Source of the DNA: an uncultured Rivularia sp.
GTDB lineage: Bacteria; Cyanobacteriota; Cyanobacteriia; Cyanobacteriales; Nostocaceae
NCBI GenBank assembly: GCA_963665115.1
Contig: OY762007.1
Location: 7,680,001 to 7,744,000 of the forward strand
Direction: 5' to 3'
Length of the DNA: 64,000 nt
Position 1 is the first letter of the stretch. Each line of letters starts with the position of its first letter. The notes under the pieces were generated by a model that saw only the letters and a program-made list of their open reading frames with translations, had not been told where the DNA came from and searched no databases. Below are positions 1 through 10,400 of the stretch, piece after piece. The position numbers and the translations under genes were made by a program.

Positions 1-376
1 ACTTTGAGACTCAGCTATTTTGAAGCGATTTTCCTACTATTTATAAACTGGTGAAGTATTATCGATAAAATATTTATCTTCGTAAATATATTTTATAAAT
101 CTTTCTAAAAAGTAAATACAGGAATTCAAAAATCTGCGAATATATGAAGAGTATTTTCTAAAATCTTAATTTCTAGCGACGAATCATTAACTACTAACTA
201 CCAACTATTATCTCAAATTACTTGAGCGTCATAACCATAAGGACATTTCAATGCTGCTTTTCGCTAAATCTCCTATTTAAGAACATCTAATCAATTAAGA
301 CGTTGTTAAAAAGGTTGACGCTCAATTTCTATTACCGATATTTGACACTGCTATTCGATATTACTCAAAGTAGCTT

Positions 377-709
377 TTAACAGTAAGATTGGATATCTTC
401 ACCGCACTGGTCTACTAAATAACATAAAGCCTTAAAACGCAAGCTCACGAATTGCTCGTAAAGTGGGTTGATTTTGCATAAAGGCGGAATATGAAGCAGT
501 TTACGTCCAAGCAATACGATATCTCGTTCAAATGGACAATCGGCTGGAATAAGTTTTGCAATAAAATGTGCAAATTTACGATTGTGAATTTCTAAAGAAT
601 CTAACCATTTACGCAAAGGCTGTAAAAAGTCGAATTTAGGTTTAATTAATTGCTTTTGGCTTTTTAACTGGTTACTTAATTCTGTAAAATTATTGATTAC
701 TTGTAACAT
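377..709 (-). CDS. Mo-dependent nitrogenase C-terminal domain-like protein
   Basis: Motif LIPADCPFERDI...HIPPLCKINPLYEQFVSLRFKALCYL is typical of this cyanobacterial family. Confidence 0.85.
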   Translation of the reverse strand: MLQVINNFTELSNQLKSQKQLIKPKFDFLQPLRKWLDSLEIHNRKFAHFIAKLIPADCPFERDIVLLGRKLLHIPPLCKINPLYEQFVSLRFKALCYLVDQCGEDIQSYC

Positions 710-1189
710 AACTATTGTCAGTTTCCCCTCAGATTGTTCCTAATAATCCGACTATAACTCAACAAAAGTATTCAGAAGTTTTCTTCTTGATAATACTTTC
801 GCTATTAATTATTTAACTTCACCATACAGCTAAAAACTGTACTACTTACTACAGAAACACAAAGATTAGATAAAGTTCCCGATTTTTTAATAAAGAAATG
901 GCAAGAAATTCAAAAAATATTTCATGTACTTAGTCTACACTAACCCTTTTCTTTGCCTGTAGTACCTTAAGATGGAATTTCTCTAATATCATTTGCTTTC
1001 TTACTGTAATTATAACGAAATTACACTCCAATCCATCTGCCTTTTTACTACGATTTTAGTCTATTACCTATTTCTCGAATTGTCATGCATTTTACAAATT
1101 TTAATATTATTAATAATTTTTTAATAACTATGTGTTGATTTAGGGAATAAACGTCATTCAATATTATTTTTCTGTTTGCAAATAATAAT

Positions 1190-1263
1190 TGGGGGAGAGG
1201 GTAGAGGGGGAAGAGGGGGAAGAGGGGGAAGAGGGGGAAGAGGGGGCAAGGGGACAAGGGGAA
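1190..1263. repeat. G-rich short tandem repeats (AGAGGGGGA / GGGGACAA)
   Basis: Tandem units are directly visible and generate the spurious FPLFPL ORF at 1048..1257. Confidence 0.9.
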
Positions 1264-1284
1264 GAATAACTGATTGTTAAATAT

Positions 1285-1393
1285 TAGTAGTCTGCTACAT
1301 TAATTTTGACGGGTTCGTTTTTGCGGGAAACGTCGGTAGACGTAGCACTGCTACGTCTCTACAACCCATAGGAATTAATGAAATCTACTACTA
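1285..1393 (-). mobile_element. TA-flanked MITE-like element (family A) with GTAGAGACG REP-type core
   Basis: Imperfect ~30 bp terminal inverted repeats (TAGTAGTCTGCTACATTAATTTTGACGGGT ... ACCCATAGGAATTAATGAAATCTACTACTA). Near reverse complement of the copy at 59530-59637. Confidence 0.8.
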
Positions 1394-1411
1394 ACTCCTA
1401 ACTCCTAACTC

Positions 1412-3863
1412 CTAACTATTAATCCCTGATTTACTTAATTTACCCATTCCTCCGAAGTAAGCCAGCCAAAGTACTACTACGAGCCAGTGGATGAAGATGA
1501 TTATCCATGCTGAACCTGTTAGGGCGTAGGTGATGGTGCAGGTAAGTCCCTAAGAGGGTTGCTAAAAGTAGGAACTGAGGATCAAAAAAGGTGGGGTATC
1601 CATCTTTGTAAAAAGTTTTGGCGTTGAGGGGATGGTAAATAACGAATATGAGTAAACTTAATCCTGCCCACAGACTCCATTGCCAGTTGACTGCTGCGGT
1701 GGGATGGGGAAGAAATAAAACTCGGAAAAATAATTCTTCTGTAATGGCGGGTGTAATTAAGCAACGCAATATTAAGAAAAAGTATTCGATGGGTTTCGCC
1801 GATAAAATTTGTAACTGCAAAAATCCGGTGGAGAAGCCTAAAGGTATTGCTATGACTGTGTAGATTAAAAGTGCCAAAGCTGCGATCGCCCAATCATGCA
1901 AGGTTGGGATGAATGCGGAAGCTAAGATGCGGTTGAGAAGAATTGAAATTATAGACACGTTGGTAAAAGGAAGTTTTATTTCACCGAGTAGGGGTGTGGG
2001 TGCCAAAGGTGCAATTTCTGGGTTCCATCCTCCGACTTGATTAGTTTTTAGAAACCATAGTTTTGCTTTTTGTTTCCAGAATAAAGCGGCTAGCTCATCT
2101 TGTGCTTGTCTGGGCATCATTGTTCGCCAGCTTGTTAATGCAGCCCATATACTTGAATCTCTGAAAGTTTCTTTGGTGTCACCGATCCCCGCTAAAATAT
2201 CTACGCCACTTTCCCAATCGGCTCGTACTATTCCCAAGGGAAGTAATTGTTTTTCTAAGGCTGAGCTTAATTTAACTAATTTTTGGAAGCGTAAGGTTTG
2301 GAGATGATTGGGATGTGTTTGCAGCCAGTTTTGAATTTTAGGGCTTGATTTAATTTTTTGTTTGATAGTTTGGATAGCAGTGTAAAGTGCCTGGGAAGAG
2401 TCTTGAATGCAGGAAGTTGCTGGCGTGACGGTGGCACTTCCGGTACCGTCTCCGACTCGGTAGCGTGCCATCATAATTTTTAGCTGACGCTCAAATTCGG
2501 TTAATGGTGAAATGGTGATGTTATCAAAATTGTAATCTTGAGTAACTGGGGCAAATTTGACGAGAATATCAACAACTGGACGAGTATGAAGCCATCCTCG
2601 CTGCAAGTTACCCATGTAGTTTGCCCAAGTATGCGTACCGGAAATGATTCCATCGGAGTTATGAGCGTAAATTTGATGGTATTTAACGTTAAATTCTAAT
2701 TCTTTGGTAAAGGGGCTGCGGATTACTTCGGCGATACCAAATGCAAAGTGTCCGGTAATTGTTTTCGGTACACCCAAAGCTTCGGCTTTTTCACCACCGA
2801 TGCCGCCGAAAACGTTTAATACTATGGCTTTGTCTCCTTCTTGCCATTTAGAAACGGGATATTCAAATTCGGTTGAGGTGGGATCGATTAATACTCTTGT
2901 TAATTTACCTTTATCTTCAGGTGTAATTTCCCAATATCTTTTAAGATAATTTTGTGCGGTTTGCGGTTTTAAAATTAGATTATCGGGTTGCAGTTGAAAT
3001 AAAGAATATGGCGCTAATGCTTGGACGGTAAATATACCTTCTTTATTTTTAGCTCCGTAAATATACCATCTTTTATTTACCATCGGTCCTGCTAATTTAT
3101 TGGTTGTTGATGGAGGGATATTTCTTGTATCTGCAACTTGTTGGGGTATATAAACCGTTTCTTCTATATTGAATGCATCTATATCAGGGTTGTAATGAAG
3201 AACTTTGAAGAGTTGTTTGTTATGCGAATCAATTTGTACTAAAGCATAAAAGCGTCCAGTGGCTAAAACTGGTTCCTCGTTAATTTGTAAAATTTCTTGG
3301 TTATTAACTTCTACAAATTCAGCATCATCTAAAGTAACAATTACATCATCATTTGGTCTGGTACCCGCAAGCGATCGCAATGGTGTAACTAGGGAATTAT
3401 TTAATCGTTGGGGATGAATGTTTCCTTGTTTTTGGCTCTCGAAAGTTGCAGGTGTGAAGTTAACGTCTCTAGTAACTGCTTTGACGTAGGATTTTAACTG
3501 CGGTTGATTTTGCCATTCTAAACGGACTACTTTTCCGATCGGATTTTCTGCTTCAGGTGGTGCGTGTTGAACTTCAAACCATACCCAGTCGGGATTACTG
3601 GAATCGCTATTGATTTCTTGCTTTTTAGGTAAAATTAATCTTCCCACCCAATTACCAACTGGTTGATAAAATTTTGGATTAACGGTTTGAGTTAAAGGAT
3701 AATAATTTGGTTGATTGAAGCTTTGTTGGGAGTGGATTGAATAATTACTTTGTTGGCTAGCTACAAGTTGTTGTATGAAAGTAAGGCTTATACAAATAGT
3801 AAGTATAATTACGAGTATTTTTTGACTAAACCTCCCGCTTCTCGATAATTTACGCTTGTGCAT
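1412..3863 (-). CDS. Large CPBP/Abi-family intramembrane metalloprotease with long soluble N-terminal region (frameshift near 1548)
   Basis: PAITEELFFR and FVIYHP motifs. Removing one base of the C run at ~1548 restores LGLTCTITYALTGSAWIIIFIHWLVVVLW and a stop at 1412. Start codon uncertain. Confidence 0.8.
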
Positions 3864-3941
3864 ATTTTGAGTGCTTTTGTATGCCGATAGTGTAACTAAT
3901 GTAGAGGTTAACAATTGTTACTTGGTTCGGCAATATTAAGT

Positions 3942-4001
3942 AGGTTTGTAGTAAGGACTTTAGTCCTCTGATAAAAGGGCTTAAGCCCTTACTACGAACC
4001 T
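3942..4001. repeat. GTAG-type REP-like double hairpin
   Basis: AGGTTTGTAGTAAGGACTTTAGTCCT...CTTACTACGAACCT. The first 26 nt are identical to the cargo at 36705-36730. Confidence 0.75.
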
Positions 4002-4332
4002 TTTCTCATAAGGATTTATCTTTAACAAGATTTAATTTAATTTTTCACTACTTGCTTAAGCTAGAAACTAGTATATGTACGGGTTTGATATAAATTTAAC
4101 TATCGACAACCGTATTATTGAGTATTTTATTTTGATAAAGACTGGTAGAAAGTAATGACAATAGTAGTGAAAATATGTAATTTTAGATTCATACAAAAAC
4201 AGTCACTCCTTACTTTATAAGTCAGTTATTAGGTTGTTTTAGTAAAAGGTAAATGTAATGGTAGTTGCTTTTCTCTGTACTGCGACTATCATTTTTTTAT
4301 TAGTTTAAATTTAGATAAATAAAGATATAATA

Positions 4333-4377
4333 AACCGGGTTTGTATTCATAAAAATGAAATAATCAACCCGGCTTTT
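4333..4377 (-). terminator. Hairpin downstream of the DUF4351 gene, possible terminator
   Basis: AAACCGGGTTTG...CAACCCGGCTTT imperfect inverted repeat. Confidence 0.4.
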
Positions 4378-4409
4378 ATAACAGGGAATGACTTTTAAAT
4401 TAAACAGTT

Positions 4410-5363
4410 TTAACGCAGCCAGTTAAGCAAATCATCCATCGCTGTAAAATCTAATAAAGCCTCACCAAGTGCTTCTAATCGCTCTAAGGAAAGAGCTTGA
4501 ATTTCTTCGATTACCTCTTGCGGTAACTCTCCCACACGTCTTTGTAGTAGTCGTATAACAAGATTTTGCTCACCTTCTTCTTTCCCTTCTTCTTTCCCCC
4601 GCTCGTAACCAATGCGCTCGCCAGTGGTAATGTAACTCATAGTTCGCTCCTGTTCAAATTCTTTAAATTCTTGCCAAAATTCTGCTTCCAATGCTTTTGG
4701 TAAAATCATAACCCAATCGATAAATCGGTAAAGGTTACGAATATCCTTTTCTTGCAATCCCTGTTCGTACAATCGCCGAATCAAACTAAATTTCCAAGTT
4801 TTTCGCTCTTTTAGTTTTTTACTGGTTTGCTGTGTTTTTAAATGTGCCATTACCACCGTTGCAAATGGATTATCGCTGGCTTCTAATTCCGCCCAACGGC
4901 TTTGATAATCGAGAAGTTTCACGCTTCCAAATCTAAAGTGCAGGCTGCAATCGGGAAAATCATAGCTGTATTGATTTGGTCGCCAGTTTGCGTCGGTGTC
5001 GCATAATATTGCTAGGCTAATTGTTGGTTTGGAGAATTTATCAAAAATTCGCAGGTTATAGGTAAACATCCTTTGGGGAAAGATATCTTCCGGTTTGGCT
5101 TGAATTTCTGCATGAATTAATAACCAAGTTTCTTCTCCATTAGTTTGCCAAACTTTTACTAATTTATCCGCATATCTCCTACCCTGCTCGGCATCACGAG
5201 CAATTTGTTGAAATTCCTTATCGAGAAACTCGTGCGGACGTTTCCAGTCTATCAATGCTGCTGTTTGGGGAAAGAAAAACTGCATCGCTTGGGGAAAATA
5301 TGCTTCTAGAATTTCTTTCCACGGCGAATCATTATCGGCTCTTTCTAATTCTTCTTCATCCAT
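4410..5363 (-). CDS. Rpn/transposase_31-like PD-(D/E)XK protein with C-terminal DUF4351
   Basis: DSPWKEILE...FLDKEFQQI...ADKLVKV...LIHAEIQ, and C-terminal LSLERLEALGEALLDFTAMDDLLNWL. Confidence 0.8.
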   Translation of the reverse strand: MDEEELERADNDSPWKEILEAYFPQAMQFFFPQTAALIDWKRPHEFLDKEFQQIARDAEQGRRYADKLVKVWQTNGEETWLLIHAEIQAKPEDIFPQRMFTYNLRIFDKFSKPTISLAILCDTDANWRPNQYSYDFPDCSLHFRFGSVKLLDYQSRWAELEASDNPFATVVMAHLKTQQTSKKLKERKTWKFSLIRRLYEQGLQEKDIRNLYRFIDWVMILPKALEAEFWQEFKEFEQERTMSYITTGERIGYERGKEEGKEEGEQNLVIRLLQRRVGELPQEVIEEIQALSLERLEALGEALLDFTAMDDLLNWLR

Positions 5364-5433
5364 GAGTTAATTAGTAGATGGTACCCATGTTCTAATCATA
5401 GGATGTAAGAAGCCAGTGTTTTTAGCTGTTTTT

Positions 5434-6176
5434 CTAAATAATTTGCGATAAAAATTTACGAGTTCGTTCTTCTTGAGGATTAGAGAAAAAGTTATCGGGT
5501 GTAGCTGCTTCTACGAGAGTTCCCCCATCCATCAAAACTACTCTATCGGCAACTTCGCGAGCAAATCCCACTTCATGGGTAACTACTACCATTGTCATCC
5601 CTTCATCAGCAAGGTTTCGCATCACGTCAAGTACTTCTCGCACCATTTCTGGATCTAAAGCTGAAGTGGGTTCATCGAACAACATTATTTTAGGCTGCAT
5701 TGCTAAAGCACGGGCGATCGCTACTCGTTGTTGTTGTCCCCCCCCGAAAGTTGTCCTGGATATTTCTGCGCTTGTTCTAAAATTCCAACTCTTTCTAATA
5801 ACTGCATTGCCAATTCTTCGGCTTTAGGTTTGGCTAATTTACGTACCCAAGTTGGAGCTAAAGTAATATTTTTGATGACGCTCAGATGAGGAAATAAATT
5901 GAATTGTTGAAACACCATTCCCACTTCACGACGAATGGTTTCAATATTTTTTAAATCGTGGCTCAGGGTAACACCATCAATTTCGATTTTGCCTTTTTGA
6001 TATTCTTCCAAAGCATTAAAAGTACGAATAAAAGTTGATTTCCCAGAACCAGATGGCCCCATTAATACCACAACTTCCCCACGATTTACTGTTAAACTCA
6101 CACCTTGGAGAACGTGGAATTTACCGTACCATTTATGAACTTCTTCGGCGATTATTATTGGGTTTTGTTGTGACAT
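5434..6176 (-). CDS. bgtA: Polar amino-acid ABC transporter ATPase (frameshift in C8 run at 5738-5745)
   Basis: Walker [13 protein letters not shown] signature continues in another frame as [28 protein letters not shown]. Same strand as natFGH. Confidence 0.85.
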
Positions 6177-6202
6177 TTTAATTTAAGAGAGAGGGGGAAG
6201 AG

Positions 6203-6248
6203 GGGCCACTTGCGTGCGGGGGTTCCCCCCGTTGAGCAAAGTGGCGTG
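6203..6248. repeat. Short dispersed GC-rich palindromic repeat embedded in purine-rich tandem repeats
   Basis: GCCACTTGCGTGCGGGGGTTCCCCCGTTGAGCAAAGTGGC is a nested hairpin resembling Nostocales dispersed repeats. Confidence 0.6.
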
Positions 6249-6361
6249 GGGAAGAGGGGGGAGATGGGGAGATAGGGAGAAAATTATTAATTATCAACTT
6301 CTAACTGGTTACTGATTACTGCTTCTTTGAAAGCCGATTAGCACAAGAAACAATACCCACG

Positions 6362-6913
6362 TTACCGTACTTGAATAGAGTTATCTCTATACCCCATTTT
6401 GACATCCCTTAGAAGATTTAAATTTGATGGTGCTATAAAAATAACAGGTTTATTTATGTAGTAATTCGGTCTTAGTATATCAGGTTGCAAAAAACGATTA
6501 TCTGCTATGGGTATCACACTGGTGGATTTGTTGCCATAATAAACTTTGATTCTTTGAGGATAAACTCTCAAAGGAACGTTACCCGTATTATGTAGTTTAG
6601 CTCTGACAACATAAACATCGTGTCCTGAAAGTAGGAGTAGCACATATGCAGCTACTTCGGGGCCATTGGCGTTAAAAATGAATCGTGTTGCTGCCCCGGC
6701 AAGCTCTAAAGGTGCGATATTCCAATTGAAATCTAAACGTGCAACAGTCTGAGCTATTAATTGCTTATCTTTTAAACCATAAGATAAAGAAGTTTCGGAG
6801 ATATTATTAGTATCTTCCGTAATAATTGGGGTAACAATTTGCTTTGCATTAGCAATTGTTGGAGAAGTAATCGATAAACTTAATGCTGCGATACCTGCAA
6901 GTAATTTATTCAT
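6362..6913 (-). CDS. Hypothetical exported protein (possible Ig-like/DUF4352-type C-terminal domain)
   Basis: Signal peptide MNKLLAGIAALSLSITSPTIANA and beta-rich segment VVRAKLHNTGNVPLRVYP. Confidence 0.6.
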   Translation of the reverse strand: MNKLLAGIAALSLSITSPTIANAKQIVTPIITEDTNNISETSLSYGLKDKQLIAQTVARLDFNWNIAPLELAGAATRFIFNANGPEVAAYVLLLLSGHDVYVVRAKLHNTGNVPLRVYPQRIKVYYGNKSTSVIPIADNRFLQPDILRPNYYINKPVIFIAPSNLNLLRDVKMGYRDNSIQVR

Positions 6914-7003
6914 TTCACTGTTTAATCTTTCAATACCTGCATGATATGTGGGTGCTAAATCAAAGAAAATAGGATGAAAATAAATTAAAATAAATTGGAG
7001 TAA

Positions 7004-7351
7004 TTATCTTCTTAAATCGTATGCCCAGTAAGCTGTACTAAGTTTGAGAGTTCCATCTTCATAGTAGTTAACAGCGATAATTCGTAATCCTCTTAATCTA
7101 TCGATAAATTTTTCGTAGAGAGTATATTGCAAACTTTTATCTAATAGCGTCCAGGTTTTGGCGTGGGAATGATATTCAAATTTTCCATAAGCGATCGCCA
7201 GTTTAATCATGTCCCAATTAATTGCTCTTTGTTGCAAGCGTCGGTTGAAGTGATTGCGATCTTTTGCACAAGAGAATATTTTAATTTGGGGTAGATTTGT
7301 GATTATGTCATCGGAGTTGATTAATTGATTTAATTGCTTTTGGAATTTCAT
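7004..7351 (-). CDS. DUF4258-like small protein (predicted RNase toxin fold)
   Basis: HFNRRLQQRAINWDMIKLAIAYG ... GLRIIAV ... LSTAY matches the H-x2-R-x3-R ... (V/I)TAY pattern of DUF4258. Confidence 0.65.
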   Translation of the reverse strand: MKFQKQLNQLINSDDIITNLPQIKIFSCAKDRNHFNRRLQQRAINWDMIKLAIAYGKFEYHSHAKTWTLLDKSLQYTLYEKFIDRLRGLRIIAVNYYEDGTLKLSTAYWAYDLRR

Positions 7352-7395
7352 CGGTTTTACCTTCAGTTAATTTAACTGAAGGCATGGTAAAACCG
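7352..7395 (-). promoter_or_regulatory. RBS-sequestering hairpin immediately upstream of the DUF4258 gene
   Basis: CGGTTTTACCTTCAGTTAA-T-TTAACTGAAGG-catgg-TAAAACCG. The arm ends at the base next to the ATG and includes the GAAGG SD-like sequence. Confidence 0.55.
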
Positions 7396-7459
7396 TTCCA
7401 AAATAAAGGTAAACTGGAGCTAAATAAATAATAATAAATGTTGTTAAAGGCAGTATTGT

Positions 7460-10400
7460 TTACTCGTCACCAATACCATCGCAGATTTTGCGGTCTTCTT
7501 CGCTGACGTTGGGGTTATTAGTTATGTAACCTCGTGCCCAGTTGCAACCGCGTTTCATTGTTTCGTTTAAGTTTAAACTCCACAATTTAATCGTATCCTC
7601 CGAACCCTCATTCGGAAAAAAACCACTTATGGAAGCAATTGTTTGACCATCAGGACTAAATACTATATGTTCAACAGAATACTCTGGAAATTTTTCTTGA
7701 TGAATTAGAGTCTGTAGTAATCGACCTTTTAAATTCCATAATTTGATAGTATCATCCCAACTAGCAGAAGCAATAATCTGACCATCGGGACTAAAGGTTA
7801 TATCAACAACAGGACGAGTATGTTGATCTAAATTATGTAGTAATTGACCATTTAAGTTCCACAACTTAACACTATTGTCGTCACTAGCAGTAGCAATAAT
7901 CTGACCATCAGGACTAAAGATTATTTCATTGACCGAATCAAGATGACCTTTTAAAGTGTGGAGTAATTGACCATCTAAATTCCACAACTTAACACTATTG
8001 TCGTCACTAGCAGTAGCAATAATTTGACCATTGGGACTAAAGGTTATATCTCTTGCTGGATTAACGCGATCATTGAGCTCATGAAGTGATTGACCTTTTA
8101 AATTCCATAATTTGACAGTATTATCCCACAAACTAGCAGCAATTGTTTGACTATCGGGACTAAAAACTAACTTCTTTATCCTACCACTAATACCTTCTAG
8201 GGTATGTAGTAATTTACCTTCTAGATTCCACAACTTAACACTATTGTCGTCAATAGCAGTAGCAATAATTTGACCATCAGGACTAAAAATTATGTCATTG
8301 ACCGAATTCAGATGACCTTTTAAAGTGTGGAGTAATTGACCTTCTAGATTCCATAATTTGACAGTATTATCGTAGCTGGCAGTAGCAATAATCTGACCAT
8401 CAGGACTAAAGGTTATATCTGTTACCAAATTTACATGACCTTTTAAAGTATGAAGTAACTTACCTTTTAAATTCCATAGTTTGACACTATAGTCTTTCAA
8501 TCTATGACTCTCAGTAAAACTAGTAGCAGTTGCAATAGTCTGACTATCTGGACTAAAAGCAATATCACGTACTAACTTAAAGGTAGAGAGTAATTGACTT
8601 TTTGTCCGCAATAATCTTATGGCATTAGATATCTCATTACTATGAAAAGCAATAATTTGACCATTATTACTAAAAGCTATATTCTTGACTATATTATTCA
8701 GATTGGCATCTTGTAGAGTATAAAGTAATTCACCTTTTAAAGTCCATAATTTTACCGTTCTGTACTCAACGTCCTCACTAGAAATCATTATTTGACTATC
8801 AGGACTAAAAGCTATCTGATTGATATAAGTATTGCGTATCACATTTAATACTTGACCGTTAAAGTCCCATACTTGTACTATATTATCTCTAGTACTAATA
8901 GCAGCAATTTTTTGACCATCAGGACTAAAGATTATTTCATTTATATCATCTATCTCACTGCTAAGACCGTCAAATTCCTTTAGTAATTGACCTTCTAAAT
9001 TCCATAATTTAACTGTCTTGTCTTCACTTATAGAAGCAATAGTCCGACCATCAGGACTAAGGATAAGGAATCTCTCACCTACTATCTCAACATTTTGTAA
9101 CTGTTGGTCTTTTAAATTCCATAACTTTACTGTATTATAATTAACATTAAAAGCAAGCATTTGACTATCAGGAGTAAAGACCATTCTCGTTCTATCACTT
9201 CTATCAGATAATTCAAAAAGATTTATATAATTAAACTTAGAAAAATAGATGCTTTCTAGGGTATGGAGTAATTGACCATTTAAGTTCCACAATTTAACAC
9301 TATTGTCTCCACTAGCAGTAGCAATTATTTGACCATCGGGACTAAAGATTATTTCATTGACCGAATCAAGATGTCCTTCTAAGGTATGGAGTAATTGACC
9401 ATTTAAGTTCCACAATTTAACACTATTGTCGCCACTAGCAGTAGCAATTATTTGACCATCGGGACTAAAAAATATTCCATTTATCTTACCATTATGACTT
9501 TCTAAGGTATGAAGTAATTGACCATTTAAGTTCCATAAATTAACACTATTGTCGTCACTAGCAGTAGCAATTATTTGACCATCGGGACTAAAAAATATTC
9601 CATTTATCTTGCCATTATGACCTTCTAAGGTATGGAGTAACTGACCATCTAAATTCAATAGTTTGACAGTATTATCGTTACTAGCAGTAGCAATTATTTG
9701 ATCGTCGGGACTAAAAAACATTCCATTTATCTCGCAATTATGACATTCTAAACGATTGAACTCGTTTACTCCATTTACTCTATAAAATGCGTTTTGTAGA
9801 TTACCTAAAACACTAATTCTGGTTTCTAGATCAACTCCAAGCCAAACTTTTCTCATCTTACTAGCTGCTTTGACACCAGTAACTATAGAGTCAAAAAGCC
9901 GATTTGAATTTATCAACATCTCAGAAGAATTATTCAGAGCATTGATTTCATTAATAGTTGCTCGACGCAATTGCCACAAGGCAGCACCAGCTACCATTGA
10001 AATTGCGACTATCCCCCCAGTTAAACCACCAATAATCTGACGCTGACGACGTTTAGCTAATTTTTCACCCTTATCTCTTGCTTGAATACTAACATTGATA
10101 AACTGATTACTATTTACAGAAAGTTCATCAGCATAATTAACATAAAACTCTTCATATTTTCCTAAAGCACCCTTCGACAACAAAAAACCATCTCGCTTCC
10201 CATTTTCCTCCCAATCATCTGCTTTTTGATTAATTTCTTTAATTAAGCGATATTTCTCCCGATTCTTCTCCAACCACCATTTCAGTGCTTCCCAATCTCG
10301 TAATAAAATTTCGTGAGCTATTTCTACTGTTACTTTATCTTTGCTTTGATTGCTAACAGTTTCTTCTTCAACAGCAGCTACAGCTAAATCGCTTTTTTGC

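Noticed and set aside
377..709. Nitrogen-fixation gene
   Set aside because: The family name is historical and there are no nif genes in the window.
1048..1257. 69-aa ORF
   Set aside because: Produced by 9-bp tandem repeats and AT-rich intergenic DNA.
4410..5363. Active IS element
   Set aside because: No terminal repeats or target duplication seen around the Rpn/DUF4351 gene.
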